Assembly: GCA_963749495.1 (NCBI GenBank)
Contig: CAVVMW010000012.1
Location: 288,001-352,000 of the forward strand
Direction: 5' to 3'
Source: an uncultured bacterium
Lineage (GTDB): Bacteria; Verrucomicrobiota; Verrucomicrobiia; Limisphaerales; UBA8199
Length of the DNA: 64,000 nt
The notes under the pieces: generated by a model
What the model was told of the DNA's origin: nothing
What the model saw: only the letters and a program-made list of their open reading frames with translations
Database searches by the model: none
Part shown: piece after piece, positions 59,221 through 64,000 of the stretch
Numbering within the stretch: position 1 is the first letter of the stretch
Layout: each line of letters opens with the position of its first letter
Translations under genes and position numbers: made by a program

Positions 59221-59586
59221 CTTAGGCGGGCATGACCACTGACACGATGACCCGGGATGGCCAGGCCCAGGCCACCTATGAGGCCTTTGATGAACCAGTC
59301 CCGCCAGTGTTTCAGGCCATGACGTCTCCCAATGCGGCATTTGATTATGTGTCGTTGCGGGTGATGAACGTCCTGCCGAAATGGTCGAAACTGGAGGCGA
59401 TCGTGCGGCTTGGCAATCCGAACCTCGCCGCCGGAAAAGCCTCGCTGACGGTGTATTACTACAAATGGCCGCAGTTGACGGAATCACCCTGGCCGGCGCG
59501 AGAAACTTTATTTGGAATCATTAAAAAAGGGAGAGACATAGGTGTAACGCAGCCTGCATCTGTCATAACCTATCCTTTCCTCGCGG

Positions 59587-60036
59587 CTATGCTTTGACGA
59601 ACCAACGCGATCCTTTTTTCTTTGCCGTCTTTTCTGCTACTAACTCTTTGAGCGTCGCTGCTACGTCATCCTTCTTAGCGGTTACGCCTTGTTCTTTCAG
59701 TTTCGCGGTCAGCCCAGCCGGGTCTTGTGCGTCTTTGCTCAACAAACCGAGCAAGGGTTTCTTTAAGTCAGGGTTGACGGTGCCCTTGCCCTTGCTCTTT
59801 TTCTCATCGCGGCCATTATCCGCATTTCGCGGTGGAGGGGATTGAACATCTAAAGCCGCGTTAATTGAATTGAGTGCTGATTCAAGCTCGTCTCGCTCCT
59901 GCTCTACGTCCTTTTTGATGAACGGCAAAAGGACGATTTTATCGCTGGTTTTCAATGTGTCATACTTCGCGGCTTTCTCCTTGATCGCAGCCCGCAGTTC
60001 ATTCGGCTGCCTGTCTGCCGTTTCTTTGTCTGCCAT
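59587..60036 (-). CDS. Lysine-rich protein, coiled coil + winged-helix-like C-terminus, lower GC
   Basis: AAAGGA RBS; VAATLKELVAEKTAKKKGSRWFV. Confidence 0.65.
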   Translation of the reverse strand: MADKETADRQPNELRAAIKEKAAKYDTLKTSDKIVLLPFIKKDVEQERDELESALNSINAALDVQSPPPRNADNGRDEKKSKGKGTVNPDLKKPLLGLLSKDAQDPAGLTAKLKEQGVTAKKDDVAATLKELVAEKTAKKKGSRWFVKA

Positions 60037-60129
60037 CGCGTTTCCTTTCTCTCTGCAAATGTTTTGTTTGACGCATTCCGATACGGCTTTCATCCGTAAC
60101 CGATACCCCCCGCCAACGCAAGGATTATT

Positions 60130-60325
60130 ATGAACTCGACACGGCAGGTCTTGCCGGGGACAGTGACAAAGGTCATCGCACAACCGGCGCCAGCGGGATT
60201 GGGGACCACCGCCGCGACCCGTGGACGCGGGAAGACACGCAGGGTGAAACTGGCAACGGCGCTGAGCGGTGGGACGGCGTCATCGGTGACGCGGACCGTG
60301 ATGAGGCTGGCGCCCGGGGCCTGGG
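60130..60325 (-). pseudogene. C-terminal fragment of a secreted Ig-repeat protein, cut off at the low-GC segment
   Basis: ITVRVTDDAVPPLSAVASFTLRV...FVTVPGKTCRVEF. Confidence 0.6.
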
Positions 60326-60640
60326 CTGGAGCGGGCTTGCGAGCGGAGGCCCAGGTTGCCGGCAATTTTGTCCTGCACCCACCCTGCTTCCCCAAAAAAC
60401 GGCAAGGGGTCGCTGGTTTTTGAAAAAAGCTGGCTCCTCGAGCGGAATTAAGGGTAAATCGCAGCACCGACAGGCACTCGGTGCCGCCGGGAATCCGTTG
60501 GTTTGATAGCGTATGAAGACTCCGTCAAGAAACCTGTTGGCCCTGTTTTCGGCTGTGATTTGTGCGCTGTCGGGGCCGCGCGCGGCGGCGCAGGGAAGTT
60601 GGGCCCGGTGCGATTGAGAGCGTCGGGCACCCGCACCGGA

Positions 60641-60835
60641 GGTTTTGTCCCGGAGGGACATCTGACAATAGCCCGGCGTTTCAACGCCGGGGAGGCCAGA
60701 AGAAGGACCATCGTCCCGAAGGGACGACTGAGAGGACTCCTTGGGTCCAGCCGTCCCTTCGGGACGGAGCTGCTCCTTCGGGCCGCTCACCCGGCGTTGA
60801 AACGCCGGGCTATTCTCGCAAGCCCCTTCGGGGCA
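60641..60835. repeat. REP-like element, second copy of the 33164 family
   Basis: AATAGCCCGGCGTTTCAACGCCGGG arms, GTCCCGAAGGGAC. Confidence 0.85.
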
Positions 60836-60915
60836 CAGAGGCGCCGTGAACTGACCGACGGCTTTAATCGCACCCACAGGGGCCGGTGAACTTCCAGATT
60901 CTGAGCCTTGATCCC

Positions 60916-63900
60916 ATGAAAACATACCGCTCGAACCTCGTTGGGGGCCTGGTGCTGGGCCTGCTCTCTCTGCCCTTTGCCGTCGGCGCGGCCGACAAAA
61001 CGTTCACCTTGGGCGGCACCAATGCCGTCCTGCAAGAGGCCGCCGGCGCGGCAGCCGTCTATTACTCCGCCATGCGGCTCAACCGGGCCACGCGCACCTG
61101 GAACGTGGACGTCGCGCTCACCAACGGGAGCAGCGGCGCCCTCCAAGGGCCTTTGGTGCTGCTGGTCAACAGTTATGCCGGCACAACCGGCCCGGTCCAG
61201 CCGGACGGGACGGACCCGAGCAATCCGACCAATGCCTGGTATGATTTCACCCCACTAGCGGCTGGGGCCGTGCTGGCCCCGGGAGACAGAATCCGGCGCC
61301 CGCACTCTGACGCTGGGCTTCACCAACGGCAGCCCCAGCATTACCACCCGGGTTTTCGCGCGGGCAATGGCCTCGGCCGGCGGCCTGGCGCTGACGCGCT
61401 CATGGAACGAGGCGGGCCAACCGCTGGGCGGAGTGACCGTAATCGAGTCGGGTCCGGCCGGTCTGAGGACCAATACAACCGACAGGGCCTACGGTGTGGT
61501 GACGTTAGGCCAGGGCAGTGGCGACCATACCTGGCAATTCAGCGCTCCGGGTTTCCTCTCCGCATGGCTCAAAGCGACACTGAACGCGAATGCGGTGGCC
61601 ATGCTGCCCGACCCGCGCCTGGTGCGGCGCAGCACCAACAGCCTGGCCTTCACACCGTTGGACGGCGGCACCTTGACCAACAACGACGGCTCGATCCGGA
61701 TTGTGTTCCCGCCCGGGGCCTTTTCCCAGGCGGTGACGGGCGTGCTGACGCCCTTGACGGCCCAGACCTTGCCCGCCAGCCTCCCTTCAGGGTGGAGCCC
61801 GCTCCAGGCCTTTGCGCTCGAGTTGGGGAGCGAGCCGGCCACGGCAGGAACGGCGCAGCTTGGGCCTTGGGGGCCTGCCGGCGCCACGGAACAGGCGGTG
61901 CTGGCGCGCTGGAACACCAACCGCCTGCAATGGGACGTGCTGGCCCTGGTTTCCAACGGGAACAACGGGCTGTCGCCCGCCCTGGGAGGCAGCGGCAGTT
62001 ACGCGCTGGTGGTGCCCGACAGCAGCCCGCCGGCCTGCCCGTCCGCATCAACGGCCAGCCCTGGCTGACGTTCTCCGCCGCCGATGGCTCGTTCCAGCTC
62101 CTCTCGGCTGTGGGCACGGCCACGGTGGTCCTGACTGACCCGCTCAGCGGCAACTCCGGCCAGTCGGACGTGGTCATCACCAATGCCCAGACCAGCGTCA
62201 CCGCCAATGTCGCCGCCTCCGCCGCCGGCCCCAGCGTGGCCTCGGTGAGCCCGGCTGACGGCGCGACTGCCGTTCCGCTGGTGGCCTCGATCGTTGTCCA
62301 GTTCACCAAACCGCTCAGTCCGGGAACGCTCGGCACGAACGGAATCCAACTGCTCGGCACCAACGGCCAGCCGGTTGGCGCCAGTCTCACCTTGAATCTC
62401 AAGAATACGATCGCCACGCTCCTGCCAACGTCGCAGTTGGCCGCGAATACACTCCTGACGGTCCTGGTTTCGACCAACATTGCAGATGCCGCGGGCCTGC
62501 CGCTGGCGGGACGGAGGACCTTCACGTTCACGACCGAGACCGACCTGGTGACCCGCGATCCCACCGCGCAGTTGATCAGCTACGAGCCGGTGAACGGCAT
62601 CGCGGGCGTGGTGGGGACGCCCGGCCTGGCCGATCCCCAATCGCCCGTCATCATCGTCAATGAAACCAGCGGCCGCACGGCGACGGCGGTTTCGGACGTG
62701 GACGGCAGTTTCACCAACTCGATTCAAGCGGAGGTGGATGACATGCTGAGCGCGACGCTGGTGAACAAAAACGGCACTCGCAACAGCGTGACCCTCAGCC
62801 GGCAGATCTTCCAGGACGGCAGCGTGGGCTTGTTCAACTCGGGAGGAACCATCGAAGCGCAGACGCCGGAGGGATCGTTGCAACTGGCCATTGAGCCGGG
62901 CGCCATTTCGGGCAAGAGCAAGCTCAAGCTGGACTTCCTCACCCTCGCCCAGGTGCAAACGGTGGCCAGCAACACGCCGCCGGAAGGCGGCGCCTCGGTG
63001 ATTGGCGGCTTCAAGGTGTCCATGGACGGCCCGACGCTGAAGGTCGGGGCGCACGTCTCCTTCCCGATCAAGGAATCCGATTTGAATTTGGCCCCGGGCG
63101 ATTCGGCGAGCAACCACGTTTTTGCCATGTGCGAGCCGGTGGTGGTGGACGGCGTGACCGTGTACCGGGTGGTTGACAGCATGGCTTACGAAGGCGGCAA
63201 CGTGGTGTCGCACTCGCCGCCCTTCGATGGATTGGCCGACATCCCTTTGGCCGGCATGGCGGTCGCCATGGTGATGTATCCCTTCAACATGGCGCAGAAG
63301 ATGGCGGTCGTCGGCTCGGTGGTTGTGGCTACCGACACCATGTACGATTTCGTCCGTACGAACGGAGCAGCGCTGGCCATCCAACAGACCAATCCCGGGG
63401 TCCGTCTCTTGCCGGACGCCTGGGTCAATGCCTATCCCCCGGGGGTATTTGAGACCCACAGCGGCTTGACTCCCGGCACGTTTGTGGCCATGGCCAACTC
63501 TGCCGGGCGCTTCGCCTACCTGCTGCCGTTCAATCCATTCCAAGGCTCGGGTTATCTGCTGGCGGCCCAGTCGCCCCTCTTCCCGGATCAAATCGCAACC
63601 CGGTCCGCCTCTGCCTCGCCCCTCTCGCCCCTGGCAACCGTGGACCTGATCTTTCGCGTGCCGGACAATGGCAGCGGCCGCGTCAATACGACCCCCCCAA
63701 TTATTACCGCCAATCCGCCCGGACTGGTGCTGCCTACCAACCAGACGGTCTCGATTGATTTTCTGATCTCCGACAATTTGGGAAAGCCGCGGTTCGACCT
63801 GATTTTCCTGGTGCCGGCCAAATCGTTCTCCTTGCTGGCGACCAACGTGCCTGTAACGCCGCTGGACCCCGCCAAGGTCACCCTGAACCAAAGCCCCCCC

Positions 63901-64000
63901 CCGCAGGATACCAGCGACACCTCCATCCGCGCGCCGGTTGACTTCCTGGTGACGGAACCGGCGATAGTCACCGTGCAGGTCCGCGCGGTGGACGCCGACC
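60916..64000 (+). CDS. Very large secreted Ig-like repeat protein, runs off the right edge; two compensating frame changes (~61288, ~62035)
   Basis: Signal peptide MKTYRSNLVGGLVLG..., PSVASVSPADGATAVP, TFTFTT; the middle part reads as protein only in ORF 61367..62068. Confidence 0.82.
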   Translation, partial: MKTYRSNLVGGLVLGLLSLPFAVGAADKTFTLGGTNAVLQEAAGAAAVYYSAMRLNRATRTWNVDVALTNGSSGALQGPLVLLVNSYAGTTGPVQPDGTDPSNPTNAWYDFTPLAAGAVLAPGDRIRRPHSDAGLHQRQPQHYHPGFRAGNGLGRRPGADALMERGGPTAGRSDRNRVGSGRSEDQYNRQGLRCGDVRPGQWRPYLAIQRSGFPLRMAQSDTERECGGHAARPAPGAAQHQQPGLHTVGRRHLDQQRRLDPDCVPARGLFPGGDGRADALDGPDLARQPPFRVEPAPGLCARVGERAGHGRNGAAWALGACRRHGTGGAGALEHQPPAMGRAGPGFQREQRAVARPGRQRQLRAGGARQQPAGLPVRINGQPWLTFSAADGSFQLLSAVGTATVVLTDPLSGNSGQSDVVITNAQTSVTANVAASAAGPSVASVSPADGATAVPLVASIVVQFTKPLSPGTLGTNGIQLLGTNGQPVGASLTLNLKNTIATLLPTSQLAANTLLTVLVSTNIADAAGLPLAGRRTFTFTTETDLVTRDPTAQLISYEPVNGIAGVVGTPGLADPQSPVIIVNETSGRTATAVSDVDGSFTNSIQAEVDDMLSATLVNKNGTRNSVTLSRQIFQDGSVGLFNSGGTIEAQTPEGSLQLAIEPGAISGKSKLKLDFLTLAQVQTVASNTPPEGGASVIGGFKVSMDGPTLKVGAHVSFPIKESDLNLAPGDSASNHVFAMCEPVVVDGVTVYRVVDSMAYEGGNVVSHSPPFDGLADIPLAGMAVAMVMYPFNMAQKMAVVGSVVVATDTMYDFVRTNGAALAIQQTNPGVRLLPDAWVNAYPPGVFETHSGLTPGTFVAMANSAGRFAYLLPFNPFQGSGYLLAAQSPLFPDQIATRSASASPLSPLATVDLIFRVPDNGSGRVNTTPPIITANPPGLVLPTNQTVSIDFLISDNLGKPRFDLIFLVPAKSFSLLATNVPVTPLDPAKVTLNQSPPPQDTSDTSIRAPVDFLVTEPAIVTVQVRAVDAD

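Overview
GC-rich bacterial window. Gene content (ECF sigma factor/Ser-Thr kinase/WD40 pairs, H-X9-DG pilin-like protein, DUF4159, PATR-repeat surface proteins, short xxRFYR tail domains) suggests Verrucomicrobia (inference). A housekeeping core (tRNA-Val, ilvC, ilvN, queE, class-III aminotransferase, rsmA, NUDIX, ileS; ~10.8-21 kb) is flanked by accessory DNA. Left: a partial N6-adenine methyltransferase and an ~8 kb integrase-less segment bounded by a duplicated 5' half of tRNA-Val that carries its own promoter. Right: sugar-acid and polysaccharide enzymes, a decayed Ytr-type ABC operon, a second ECF/kinase module, an ISKra4-type and an IS4-type element, and large secreted proteins. Main observations: (1) an ~750 nt ORF-less group II intron-like RNA (48979-49728, minus strand) whose domain V carries an extra 25-nt hairpin, nested with the IS4 element between the arms of a REP-like repeat; (2) heptamer arrays and palindromic repeats inserted in frame in housekeeping proteins (about 141 codons inside QueE); (3) two unrelated IS elements that each carry a DUF6788-like ORF and an AT-rich palindrome next to a start codon; (4) a duplicated 35-bp ECF-like promoter motif. 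Many single-base frameshifts may be sequencing errors. All family calls come from motif recognition by eye; no searches were run.
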